The position numbers and the translations under genes were made by a program. From Octopus sinensis (taxonomy: Eukaryota), in NCBI RefSeq assembly GCF_006345805.1, contig NC_043016.1:6944001-7008000 (forward strand): a stretch of 64,000 bases of DNA, written 5' to 3'. The first letter of the stretch is position 1; every line of letters starts with the position of its first letter. The notes under the pieces are model-generated. The model was given only the letters and a program-made list of their open reading frames with translations. It ran no database searches and was not told the origin of the DNA. Below are positions 11,819 to 24,424 of this stretch, one piece after another.

Positions 11819-12157
11819 TCTCTCTCGTCTCTCTCTCTCTCTCTTCCACCTCTCTTCATTTCCCCTTCTCCCAAGATACACATTTCTATAAATTTCCATA
11901 TCAAGACATGCAACCCAGAACATCCACAGTCTAAAAATCGTACATGTACCGTTGTAAGGCATGATAAGAAATAAATGTGTGTGTGTGTGTGTGTGTGTGT
12001 GTGTCAGAGAGAGGGAGAAAGAGAGAGAGAGGAAGAGAGAGAGAGAGATTATATAACTGCTAGTCACTGTGACATATTTGAGCTTAGCATTACCGAAATA
12101 TATAAATACATGCATTCATACAACATACGCACATACGCGCGCTCACAGACACACACG

Positions 12158-12192
<35 letters not shown>

Positions 12193-12965
12193 TCATATGG
12201 CCATCTGTATACTATACTCGAAGTATATGCACTGTTGAAAAGTATTGTACTATGTTTTTTTATCTATGAGAGAATCTCTTCTTAGACGTATTGTTTTAGA
12301 AACAATATATACTGGAACACCATATCAACATTGAATCACAAGAACGTCAGATGTATTTCTACCTTTTCTAGAAAACAAACGCCAGGTGAACATACGTTTA
12401 GTAGGGTATGTAGATGATTATTTTGATTTAATACTGTTTCAATTGCATACATTGTTTATTTTAGCTCGGAAAACCTACCGCAATATCAGTGAATGAATTA
12501 TTCACACAGTTCGCTAAAGTATATGGCGACCGGTTATACATACTGACGAGGCATGAGAAAGCCGAAACACATCTACCGTTCTCGTGGGTCGATGCTAGGA
12601 CGATGTTCACCTTGCTTCAATATATACTGTGTTTCTAACTCAACATGTCTATGAAGAGATTTTCTCTTCAACGAAAACCAGAGCATCATGCCTTCTAATG
12701 GAGTGTATACTTTAAGTATGGTACATTGATGGTTATTTAATGCTCTTTAATTGCGTAGACAAAGTAAATTTCAACCCAGCATCGCTATAGACTTAGGCTG
12801 TCAATTTCGTCTAGACATATATCGCCGAGTGCCCAGCATTAGGCTCAAAAAGCCGAAACGTGTTTTACGTTCCTGTTTTATCTGAGATTTTCTCTTAGAT
12901 AAGAGCCTCAGCATCTTACTTTTCAACAGTATATATATACATTAAGTATGATACACAGATGGCTG

Positions 12966-13040
<75 letters not shown>

Positions 13041-13107
13041 ATGTATGATAGATCGTTAGCACGCATTTTTTTTCTCTCCTTGTTTCTCTCCTTGTTTTTT
13101 CTGCGTA

Positions 13108-13145
13108 TCTTTCTGTCGAAGAGCGTAGGCACGAAACGTAAAAGA
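13108..13145 (+). ncRNA. Minimal hammerhead-like motif with variant core
   Basis: TCTTT-CTGTCGA-A-GAGC-GTAG-GCAC-GAAAC-GT-A-AAAGA: 5-bp stem I, loopless palindromic stem III, T at core position 6, one mismatch in stem II. Confidence 0.5.
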
Positions 13146-13361
13146 CTTTCTCTATTTCTATTCTTGAGCGCTATACTAATACATTTGTTTGTTTGTACTC
13201 CACCTACCTTCGTCTTTTGTTTATTTTCGTAAACTTTCCCGTTATATATATATATATACATATATATAATATATATGTATGTATGTATGTGTGTGTGTGT
13301 GTGTGTGTGTGTTTGTATACAACTTACTCACAGATGAATATATATATATATATATATTATA

Positions 13362-13473
13362 TATCACCGTGACCGACCAGGCTATCAGATGTTGCTACAC
13401 ATCGCTGATCACAATGCGCTTCGCATTGATTTAGCCTTCAAATGATGCCACCCCGCTGGCCAAGCGAGCAGGC

Positions 13474-13477
<4 letters not shown>
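13362..13477 (-). mobile_element. 3' fragment of SINE family 3, tail type A
   Basis: Reverse complement of the 3' part of 43041-43343. Confidence 0.8.
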
Positions 13478-13515
<38 letters not shown>

Positions 13516-14197
13516 TATATATATATGCATATTTGAAACTTACTCACAGACATATGCGTGTGCAAATATGTATGTTTGTGCGAGCGTTTACGTGCGCGTG
13601 TGACATGTGTACTATTCACATGTGCATATATGTTTGCGTGTATATGAGCATGTGAATGTATGTGTAAAGTGTTAGTTTGTGCAAAAAAAAAAAAGACAAA
13701 ATTGGTCTATCAAGCAAAAACAGCTGGTATTTTGTTGCGCAACAGGTGCATTCCATTATGCTCAAACCGACTCTGCCTTTCGTGTTTTGTTAGATCGATA
13801 AAATAAGTACTAAAATAAAATTTTCGAGTCGATATTGATTATAAGTCTAGAAGACAATGCGTGCGTGTATGTGTGTATTCTTAGTGGTTTTCCCATGAAG
13901 CTGTTACTCCGAATTGTAGTCGGTACGACAAATGCTTTTCTTATTGAGGTCTTCTTTCAACGATTTAAGTTCTAGAGATGAATCAGATTCAAGATTTCGT
14001 CAACGAATCATGTTTATTCCAAAGAACGATATTCTATCTACGCGTATCTACACGTTGAATTCATTGCAATGTTGAAAGTGGGACCCGTTGTTTATTAAGG
14101 AAAGTGTATACAAGTTACGAATAAAATAGGTTTCCTCATTATGAGGCACTCAATTAGTATCAATCGCATTGAGGATTTAAGTAAATGGTTAACGGAG

Positions 14198-14622
14198 CGG
14201 TGAGCTGGCAGAGTGGTTAGCACGCCGGGCGAAATGCTTAGCGGTATTTCGTCTGCCGCTACATTCTGAGTTCAAATTCCGCCGAGATCGACTTTGCCTT
14301 TCATCCTTTCGGTGTCGATAAACTAAGTACCAGTTAGGCACTGGGGTCGATGTAATCGACTTAATCCGTTTGTCTGTCTTCGTTTGTCCTCTCTGTGTTT
14401 AGCCCCTTGTGGGTAGTACAGAAAAAGGCGGCGAGCTGGCAGAAACGTTAGCACTCCGGGCGAAATGCTTAGCGGTATTTCATCTGCCGCTACGTTCTGA
14501 GTTCAAATTCCGCCGGGGTTGACTTTGCCTTTCATCCTTTCGGGGTCGATAAACTAAGTACCAGTTTGTCTGTCCTCGTTTGTCCTCTCTGTGTTTAGCC
14601 CCTTGGGGGCAGTAAAGAAATA
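14198..14622 (+). mobile_element. Tandem dimer of SINE family 1 with an 11-bp target-site duplication
   Basis: Two heads (about 14198 and 14427); GGTTAACGGAG at 14187-14197 and 14623-14633. Confidence 0.85.
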
Positions 14623-15068
14623 GGTTAACGGAGAATCTTGCCTCTCACAATATAGAAACAGTTCTCATGACACCAGCAGACAAAATGGTAAAAGCTTTGC
14701 TCCGGTGGATAGCGAGAGAGATGCGTTGGAATGTTGAAATGCTGTTGTAATGTTGGTGCTGTTATTAACCCTCGGTCAGTTTTGTTCCAGCACAGCAATA
14801 TCTAAAAATGCTCCAGCAATGCCCATCCCATCTTTTATTCAGACATAGTGTATTTAAGGTTATATTATCGAACGAATCTATCTTATTGATGTTGTTAAGG
14901 TTTGGGTTGCTGCCAACCATATAACAGTCAATGGTAAAAAGAGGCTTCCGTTATGAAAATCCCATTTTTGTCATAAGGTCATAGTATAAATAATTCTTTG
15001 TTATCAAAAGTGACTTCCCTTGCTTCTGCTGCTGCTGCTGTTGCTGCTGCTGTTGCTGCTGCTGCTGC

Positions 15069-15453
15069 TTTGTTTGCTTGTTTGTTTGTTGAGCGAAGCG
15101 GTCTTCGTCCCGTTAGTGGGAGAAGTCCGAAACGTGGTCCTTTTTGCTATTCGTAAGACCCGCAGAAGAGAAAGCAGGTCAAACCCCGACACCGAGAGCA
15201 TCAACGGATGGATGAATGTGAATCCAGGCTCAGCGGTTGCGTAGGAAGTCGGGGACAGAAACAGGAAGAAAGAGTGAGAGAAAGTTGGAGCGAAAGAGTA
15301 CAACAGGGGTCGTCACCACCCCCTGCCGGGGCCTCGTGGAGCTTTTAGGTGTTTTCGCTCAATAAACACACACAACGCCCGGTCTGGGAATCGAAACCGC
15401 GATCCTCCGACCGCGAGTCTGCTGCCCTAACCACTGTGCCATTGCGCCTCCAC
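15069..15453 (-). mobile_element. SINE family 3 (head GTGGAGGCGCAATGG), tail type B
   Basis: tRNA-like head with B-box GGTTTCGATTCC; same element as 52539-52946. Confidence 0.85.
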
Positions 15454-15680
15454 TGCTGTTGCTATATAGCTCTAGGTCGACTCTGATCCACTAAACATGA
15501 TTAAAGTGTTCACATTATGACCAAATAATAATGTAGATGAAAAATGAAAAGAGTAAATTATATTTTCAATATTTCGAATTCAAAAAAGACTTATTCAGCT
15601 CTATTCAGCGTGGAAGGTGTTTATAAGCCATTTAAGAAACACACAAAAACCGTTAGATTCACTTCAACATTTAAATTTAA

Positions 15681-15731
15681 TTTGTCAAAATATTTTCCGC
15701 GCTTTCAGACCGCGACCTCTTCACTGACAAA
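15681..15731 (-). ncRNA. Hammerhead-like relic with G at core position 3
   Basis: Minus strand TTTGTCA-GTGAAGA-GGTCGC..GCGCG-GAAAATATTT-TGACAAA: perfect 7-bp stem I and palindromic AAAATATTTT stem III; stem II imperfect. Confidence 0.4.
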
Positions 15732-15774
15732 ACTTCGTACTGCATCTGAGGAAGTAACAGTTAGTTCATGATAT

Positions 15775-15784
15775 ATATATGTAC

Positions 15785-15823
<39 letters not shown>

Positions 15824-16930
15824 GTGTAGTATGTGCGTATGTATGTATGTATGTATGTATATGTGTGTGTATGTATGAATGTATGTATGTATGTATGTAT
15901 GTATGTATGTATGTATGTATGTGTGTATGTATGTGCGTATGTATGTATGTATGTATGTATGTATGTATGTATGTATGTATGTATGTGTGTATGTATGTAT
16001 GTATGTATGTATGTGTGTATGTGCGTATGTATGTGTGTACATGTATGTACGCATGCATGTGTGCATGCCTATACGCTTTTACGTATGTATGTGAGTATTT
16101 TAGAGAGTGTGTAGACGTGTTTGTGTGTGTGTGTACATGTGTGTGTACATGTGAACGTATGTTTATGTACTGATATGTACTGTCAGTTCAAGTTGTATAC
16201 ATGACTGTTACTTTGTTGAAGGTTGTATATATATATATATAGACACATATACATATATGTGACACACACACATATATGTGTGTGTGTGTGTGCGTTTGTC
16301 CCTCTCACCACCGTCTAATGGTGAAAGGATACAACGTCTTAGATACATATATGCACATATAACCTTATACATGTATACACATACAAATATACGTATAATC
16401 TTAAAGTATACACACATATACGCTTATCCATCTCTACATACATATATACATATACATATACACACGTACACACATACACACACACATATATATATATACA
16501 TATATACATATATATATACATACATATACATATATATACATACATATATATATATATATACCCATACATACATACACACGTACACACACACACACACAAA
16601 CACATATGACACTCTTTTGGAGGACAACGGTTAAAATTCAAACTTGCTTTATATTCTATTTATCCTTTTTTTATTTAATATTGTTTTATTTTTACATGCA
16701 TACATATATAATACATGTATATATATATTTACACATACTCATATGTGCATGCATGTACATCCTTATACACTAATATACACAACACACAACGCATACACAC
16801 ACGTATACACACATATACATCCACACATACGTACATACATATCAAACAATGTACACTCGTACGGTTATATATAACTGCATATATGTATTTTAGTACCATG
16901 CATTTCAACATGTATGCATGGATTACTACA
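15775..16930. repeat. Compound (TG)n/(TATG)n/(CATA)n microsatellite field
   Basis: Direct reading. Confidence 0.9.
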
Positions 16931-17029
16931 TGAAAATGAGAGAGAGAGAGAGGGGTGGTTATGGAATAGTACTCCCGAGTGGAATCTGGATGTTACCCCA
17001 TCCGGATTTTCGGTTGAGTGGGTTTGTTT

Positions 17030-17400
17030 GTATTCTTGTATACAGACAGCTTCCGTGACCTGTCTCAGCCATTGCATCAGTGGGATGTGTGGATAAGAGT
17101 TTAAACTCAACTCTCCCTAAGGAGCCCTTTGGCAGTCTACAGCATGCTGAGAAATGGAGTTTGGTTTCTTTTCAATGTAGTTGTCCAGGTGTTCTTTGAA
17201 CCTATCATTGATACTCCTAGAAGTCTCACCTATGTATGACTCTGGGTTAGTCGCGCAAGCTCCTTCTTGGCACTTAATTTGGTATACAGTGCTCTTGGTT
17301 TTGCAGTTCATATGTGGCTTTGTAGAACATACTGCACAATTATTTTGGCACGTGAATCTATCATATATAAAGCATTTCATAACGTTATTTACAATGAAAT
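17030..17400 (-). pseudogene. Penelope-like GIY-YIG endonuclease fragment
   Basis: CKTKSTVYQIKC..SYIGETSRSINDRFKEH..SISQH, then LRQVTEAVCIQEYK after a frameshift. Confidence 0.8.
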
Positions 17401-17554
17401 ATACTACCAAATATATACTTGGTAGTATATTTAAAATGAACTTGGTAGGATTTAGTAGCACAAGTAACATGGTTATTACTGTTTAGAACAACAATATTTT
17501 CATAGATGAAAATAAAATGGAAACTTTCAGTTTAAATTTCGTTTTTGGATTTGG

Positions 17555-17700
17555 TTTACCAGATGCTTAATATGAGTTCGTGTGTTGAAGCATATTCTGA
17601 TGTGTCTGGGGAGAGTCATTTTCTTTTTGTGCCTTATAATATAACACAGTCACCGGTAAAATTTCCACTTTTTTCTTATTTTTATTTTCCTAAAATGTTC
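17555..17700 (+). repeat. Unclassified interspersed repeat (inverted copies at about 30125-30240 and 49440-49505)
   Basis: GTGTCTGGGGAGAGTCATTTTCTTTTTGTGCCTTATAAT...CACCGGTAAAATTTCCACT recurs as a reverse complement at both sites. Confidence 0.75.
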
Positions 17701-18788
17701 GTTGCGTCTTTCAGTTTAAATATAAATATTTAAAAATAGCCATGTTTGTATCATGGAAACTCTAGTAGTCTCGGGTGAATTGGTCAGTAAAGAGTTTAAC
17801 ATTTCGTGGAGAAAACTTTCAGAATTGTGTCATAAAGAAAGAAAAATAATTCGTGTTTATATACACAGATTCTTTAATTCTTTGTTTTTCTTCTATACTT
17901 TTTTATTCATCGTGACTAAGGCGAAGTTGAAACACCACCCGTAAGATACGTATTGTGTTTCTAGAAGAATGGTGGGATTTCGAGCACATTCTACAAACAG
18001 TAACGTACAGCAGGATAAACCTATACAAATCAGTCGGCACTGCATATGTAACTTAAGTCTAGAGAATCATAAACGACAGCCTTTTGATACAATATCACCA
18101 TCAGTGGGAAAAGAAAGGAATCAACGGTACAAGTTTATCAAGAATTCATCCACTGCTGATTGCCCACTGTGACTCTCTACGACATCATTCAAGGTTTTAT
18201 TAAGCTGGATACACCAATTTGCACAAAAGACAAATTCTCGGTAATCAATAATATATTTTCAGTAATATACAGCCTATCTTAATATTTTTTTTCTTTTAGT
18301 GTCAGGTCGTTCTTTAGCGCTACTGGTAACATGTAACCCAGTACAACCTATCACATGTTCGGATCGTCAGCGACTAAACTGGCAGCCTCATTAAGCTTGC
18401 TTGGTGAGGAGGATGATTGTTGGACACCCTGCGGGACGAAAAATAAGGCCCGTCAAAGGACGGAAGAACTACTGTGTAGTCAACGGCCAATTCAGCAAGT
18501 AACTTGTCGCGGTGAAGTTCCTGTGTACTCCATTGACTCGGAAAGCTATCTGGAGCGAGAGAAATCTTCAAGCCGGTCTTACGAGGCTAGGCAGGTGGAA
18601 GAGTAGGAGACAGACAAAACCTTAACCATTAGAGGAATAAACCTCAATGCCAATAAGTCGAAGCGTTGGTTGCAGGGCGTGGATTTAGTTATCGGCAGGA
18701 ATTAACAGTGTTCTACGTTTTAGAGATGAGGAATTATATACATCATTTACATTATCTAAATTGGACGGATATGTGTCCTCATCTTGTT

Positions 18789-18834
18789 ACTACAACGTTT
18801 CGACTGATTTACTCTCCAGCCTTCATCAGGTGTC
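18789..18834 (-). ncRNA. Minimal type I hammerhead motif, core intact, stem I damaged
   Basis: Minus strand GACAC-CTGATGA-A-GGCTG-(10 nt)-CAGTC-GAAAC-GT-T-GTAGT; it lies in a repeat (about 18690-18900) that recurs inverted at 20770-20915. Confidence 0.6.
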
Positions 18835-19010
18835 CTGGTAGAATTTTGAACCCAACCCTGGGTTCTCATTGCTAAGATATATTTTTTGCTGATGTTATTA
18901 TTATATGCCCACGAGCATATAGCGTAGGGTTAAGAACGCAGGCTATTAACCCCAAGATTTCGAGTTCAATTCCAGACATTGCTTGAATAATAATAATAAT
19001 AATAATAATA

Positions 19011-19040
<30 letters not shown>

Positions 19041-19061
<21 letters not shown>

Positions 19062-19587
19062 ACTGAAAACAGAGCTCAATGCTAAAAACAAGATAAGAGG
19101 TATCAACACTCTAGCTGTTCCAGTTATAAGTTACAGCTTCAATATCCTTAACTGGACACTAAATGAACTAACCAAAACAGACAGGAAAACAAGAAAAATA
19201 ATGACAGATCTAGGATGCATCACCCCAAATCTGACATAGAAAGGCTATATATATGACGTATAGAAGGTGGTAAAGGCATATACACAGGAAAACCATTATA
19301 AAATAACTACCATAGGACTGCAAAAATACCCAATTCAGAGCAAGGAGAGCTGATACAAATACCACACAAACATCAGCAAAACCAAAAACATTTCAGTATT
19401 TAAGGAAGTTTGACAAATACAAACAAGAAGTCATACCACCTAACACAAATATGAAAAGAGAAGAAGAAGAGAAGAAAAGAAGAAGAAGAAGAAGAAGAAA
19501 AGAAGAAGAAGAGAAGAAGAATAGAAGAAGAAGTAAGAAGAAGAAGAAGAAGAAAGAAGCAGAAGAAGAAGAAGAAGAAGAAAAGAA

Positions 19588-19618
<31 letters not shown>

Positions 19619-20566
19619 AAGAAGAAGAAGAAGAAGAAGAAGAAGAGAAGAAGAAGCAGCAGCTATAAAACAAATGAAATCCTAACTAAAACTATAATAG
19701 CGACGGACCAAATAAAACAATGGCAAGAAAAGCCCCTTCATGGTAATACTGACTAAACAAATGCAAAAGAATAGACAGAGAAAATACCAGCAATGGTTGG
19801 AAGCTCAGGCTCAAAGCAGAGACTGAAGGATTTTTAATTGCAAGCACAGACTAAAGCCTCCCCACCAGAAATTACCAAAAACAGTAATGAAAGAAATATA
19901 CTAAGTAACTGCAGAATATGTAGAGATGGACCAGAAACCATAATCATATCTCTGGCTCCCCAGTCCTGGCTAAGATGGAACATATTCACAGACACGACAG
20001 AGTTGGGACCTACATACACTGGAAGCTATGCCAACATTATGGAATAGCAACAGAAAAAAGATGGTATAGGCACACACCAGAAAAGGTCACAGAAAACGAG
20101 AAAGCAACCATACTCTGGGATATGCCAATACACACAGATAGAGATTTTAAGGCCAATAGGCCAGATATAGTTGTCAGAGATCATGAAGAAAATAAATGCT
20201 TTCTAATTGATGTATCAATACCAGCAGATGACAACGTATCTCTAAAAGAAATGGAGAAACTTTCAAGATACAAAGACCTGGAAATAGTGGTAACTCGAAT
20301 GTGGAATCTAAAAACAGAAACAATTCCTATCATAGTAGGCGCAATAGGTATGATAAAAATATTCAGACAAATACATAACAAACACACCAGGACTTACAAA
20401 TATATAAAACATACAGAAAATTGTACTACTAGGAACCGCACACCTCCTACGTAAAACGCTTTCAATACAGTAACCATAAGAGCACAGCAAACCACAGCAC
20501 ATACCCAAGGCTCACAGAGCTGCGCTCGGTAGTGAAGTGAAAGCACGCTATAAAAATAAACTACGG
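19041..20566 (+). mobile_element. 5'-truncated R4/Dong-like RLE LINE inserted in (AAT)n
   Basis: LKTELNAKNKIRGINTLAVPVISYSF, CRIC..ETIII..HRHDRVG, and ILWDMPIHTD..NRPDIVV..IDVSIP..EKLSRYKDL (PD-(D/E)xK endonuclease). Flanked by (AAT)n on both sides, with an internal (GAA)n expansion at about 19455-19660. Confidence 0.85.
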
Positions 20567-20593
20567 AATAATAATAATAATAATAATATAATA

Positions 20594-20663
<70 letters not shown>

Positions 20664-20712
20664 TGATGATGATGATGATGATAATAATAATAATAAAAAA
20701 ATAATAATAATG

Positions 20713-20773
<61 letters not shown>

Positions 20774-20822
20774 TATCAGCAAAAAATACATTAGGAATGG
20801 GTTGGATTCAAAATTTCTCCAA

Positions 20823-20867
20823 GACACCTGATGAAGGCAGGAGAATAAATCAGCCAAAAATTGTGGT
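20823..20867 (+). ncRNA. Decayed hammerhead motif, same family as 18789-18834
   Basis: GACAC-CTGATGA-A-GGCAG..CAGCC, with the GAAACGT strand decayed to AAAAATT. Confidence 0.45.
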
Positions 20868-21359
20868 AAAAACAAACAAGACGAGGACAAATATCCGTCG
20901 AATGTAAGTTATGCAAATAAGGACCCCGAACAGATCAGATTCCTAGCTTTGAACTAGCAGGATGTCATGCAGAGGATCTTGAATACAAGACAATGAATGA
21001 GACCCCTAAATATTCCTAGTTGGATGGTAATTGCGGGACCACGTGGAGCAGCGCCTTGTGACTCTTATAGTATGCGCAACCGAAAACCCCTTTTTTTTGT
21101 GTGTGCACATCTTATATCAATAAATGATTTTATATTAATATGTACTGAGATGAGCCGTACCTGAGTACATGAATTACACCAGCGAGAATTTTTCTGGCTT
21201 CTCTGAGTTGTTTCTCTGCTACTAACTGCTGTTAGTACTAAGAGCCAATGAAGCACTAAGAAAATATGCCACGTGATAAGGTAGTTACGTCCTTTACAAT
21301 TCTCAGTTAGAAATTTTCTGTTTTTGCCTTTCAGATTTTCGGAGAGTTGCTTTTGATGT

Positions 21360-21590
21360 TGCTTCTCTTTCACCTCAAATCCTCCTCTTCCACCTTCCCC
21401 TCCTTTCCCCTTCCTTTCTCCATTCCCCTCCACTTCACTCCCCCTCTTCTTCTTCTTTTTCTTCTTCTTCTTCTTTTCTTTTTCTTCTTTCTTCTTCTCC
21501 CCCCACTCCTCCTTCTCCTCCTCCTCCTCATCATCATCGTCATCGTCATCGTCATCGTCGTCATCGTCATCGCCGGCATCATCATCGTCG

Positions 21591-21621
<31 letters not shown>

Positions 21622-21736
21622 TGCTTTTCATCCTTTCGGGATCGATGATATAGGTACCAGCTACGCACTGAAGTCAATGAAATCGACCAACTCCCCCCCT
21701 ACCGAAATTTCAGGCCTTGAACCTATAGTAGAAAGG

Positions 21737-21810
<74 letters not shown>
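21360..21810. repeat. (CTT)n/(CAT)n/(TTA)n microsatellites with the 3' half of a SINE family 1 variant (about 21622-21737)
   Basis: Direct reading; SINE core GCTTTTCATCCTTTCGGGATCGAT. Confidence 0.8.
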
Positions 21811-21811
<1 letters not shown>

Positions 21812-22114
21812 TGCTGTTGTAATGTCATCTTTTGCCATTGTTGCATCTGTCTTTTGACGACGGTTGTCGCTGTGACAAATATTATTACATATATTCCAAA
21901 GTCATCGATAGAATGTTCTATCTGGCACTGTATGACCTCCAGTCGTACAATGTTATCCTCAAAACTTCCACTCAATACCACAGTATAGTTACTATATCAG
22001 CACTGACACGACTGTCGACACAGTCTACACGTGACCTCGACCTTCTGACTTCCGTCTGTCTGGCTACTACCACTTTTTACCGGGAGGGGTGCGCAGTTTC
22101 CCTGTACAACATCT

Positions 22115-22360
22115 ATCTCTTATAAAAGGCAGATTTTATCTGCCTCCCTTTGTATCTTATAGAAATCTACAATATAGGATTTCTTCAATTACAATTTACC
22201 TAGCATTTTTAAGAGTAGAATGCATCGGGTCGTGCCAGGTCCACTTTTTAAAATTTCAACCCCAATTAAGCAAAATTTAGAGAAAACTCACATTGTGGTG
22301 TATGAGTCAAATGCTTCTCTTAGTGTGGGATACAGCACACGCAAACGCACACACACAGTG
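22115..22360 (-). mobile_element. Helentron/HINE-like repeat copy
   Basis: Reverse complement of 8290-8536. Confidence 0.55.
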
Positions 22361-22573
22361 TGCAACGAATAAAGTGAAAGTAATTCACTTTCTGTAGTGA
22401 GTGACTTTCACTCTACATTCCCACTTCCTCTTTACACACATAGACACGCAAATATATAAATAAAATTGTAAGCTAATGTGTGTGTGTGAGTGTGTGTGTG
22501 TGTGTGTGCGTGTGTGTGTGAGGATGCGTGTGTGTGTGTGTGTGGTGTGTGCGTGTGCGTGAGTGTGTGACAG

Positions 22574-23583
22574 GAAAGTTTTTTACGACGAATATAAGAC
22601 CTATATCCAAGTAGCAGAAAGATCGCCCAAAAGTGTATATAGATATTTAAATGTATTTATATATTCATCTATACACAGATGTATGTATAATGTGTGTGTA
22701 TATATTTCCATAGCGGTAACCTTTCACTCCATACAAAGTTTTTTAGGACGAATATAAGATCTAAAGTATATACAAGTAGCAGAAAGATCGCCCAAAAGTG
22801 TATATAGATATTTAAATGTATTTATATATTCATCTATACACAGATGTATGTATAATGTGTGTGTATATATTTCCATAGAGGTAACCTTTCACTCCATACA
22901 AAGTTTTTTTAGGACGAATATAAGATCTAAAGTTATCTCTAAGAAAAAGAAAGATCGCCCAAAAGTGTATATAGATATTTAAATGTATTTATATATTCAT
23001 CTATACACACATGTATGTATAATGCGCGTGTATATATTTCCATAGAGGTAACCATTCACTCCATACAAAGTTTTTTAGGACGAAAATAAGATCTAAAGTT
23101 ATCTCTAAGAAAAAGAAAGATCGCCCAAAAGTGTATATAGATATTTAAATGTATTTATATATTCATCTATGCACACATGTATGTATAACGTGTGTGTATA
23201 TATTTCCATAGAGGTAACCATTCACTCCATAAAAAGTTTTTTAGGACGAATATAAGATCTAAAGTTATCTCTAAGAAAAAGAAAGATCGCCCAAAAGTGT
23301 ATATAGATATTTAAATGTATTTATATATTCATCTATACACAGATGTATGTATAATGTGTGTGTATATATTTCCATAGAGGTAACCTTTCACTCCATACAA
23401 AGTTTTTTAGGACGAATATAAGATCTAAAGTTATCTCTAAGAAAAAGAAAGATCGCCCAAAAGTGTATATAGATATTTAAATGTATTTATATATTCATCT
23501 ATACACACATGTATGTATAATGTGCGTGTATATATTTCCATAGAGGTAACCTTTCACTCCATACAAAGTTTTTTAGGACGAAA
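22574..23583 (+). repeat. Tandem array of about six ~166-bp units
   Basis: GATCGCCCAAAAGTG recurs at 22621, 22786, 22953, 23119, 23285 and 23451 (spacing 165-167 bp). Confidence 0.95.
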
Positions 23584-23584
23584 A

Positions 23585-24423
23585 TATTTATATATAAAAG
23601 AAAGGTTGTGTGTCTGTCTACTCCGATTTAGATTCCTAACTACTCCACATTTTGCAATGCAGTTTAACCAAAACCGGGTATCTTATAGTCGTGATTCATA
23701 TCGAGCCCTTCTGGGTATTAGCGCGCGTCTACGATGAGTCTATGATTTTACAAATAATTTACCATCATTTTTTTCCATTTTAATGCATATTTTTTTAATA
23801 AAGGGAAGTAACTCTCAAACATCACACCAATATGCGTGCTCATATGCGACGTAATATCACATCAGCAGCATTTCCTCACACCCTCCTTGCACTTGGCGAA
23901 GGCAAATACCAGGGGATGAAAATGGTAATATTGCCATCGATTCCATTTGTACCATTGTTAAGACGCCTTCTGATCTCAGAGATACAGTGTTCCCAGATCT
24001 ACAAGCTAATTATCAGAATATGGATTGGATTGGCAAAAAGGCTATACTGGCCCCGAGGAATAAAACTGTTCACCATATTAATGATGAAATGCTAAAACTC
24101 ATTCCTGGGGAAGTCTATGTATATCAGTCTATCGATACAACTCCTGACCCAGAGGACGTCATCAACTATCCAATAGAGGTACTCAATTCCTTTGAGCACC
24201 CCGGACTACCACCACACTTTCTCAAACTTAAAGTTGGTGCCCCTATAATGCTCATCAGAAATTTGGTTCCCCCAAAACAATGCAATGCACACGTTTTATC
24301 GTTAAGTCCTTATCTCCCACCGTAACTTATATCAATATTTGCCTGAATATCATCATAATTCAGTGCAATCATTAACAGTACTTTCAGCAATTCAGCCCGA
24401 GCAACGCCGGGCAATTCTGCTAG
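23585..24423 (+). mobile_element. Internally deleted Helitron retaining a PIF1-family helicase fragment
   Basis: 5' end shared with 41433-41811; WIGKKAILAPRNKTVHHIN..YPIEVLNS..GLPPHFLKLKVGAPIMLIRNL; 3' CCCGAGCAACGCCGGGCAATTCTGCTAG. Confidence 0.9.
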
Positions 24424-24424
24424 T

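Noticed and set aside
14100-14750. ~70-codon frame restored by removing the SINE dimer
   Set aside because: No recognisable protein similarity; the length is compatible with chance.
15090-15145. Hammerhead-like hairpin plus GAAACGT in SINE tail B (also 52560-52635)
   Set aside because: A stem and GAAACGT are present, but there is no CTGANGA strand or stem I partner.
19440-21988. Poly-K/E/I/D/Y ORFs
   Set aside because: Translations of (GAA)n, (AAT)n and (GAT)n microsatellites.
22574-23583. CRISPR-like regular spacing
   Set aside because: Whole 166-bp units are repeated with no unique spacers, the context is eukaryotic, and there are no cas genes.
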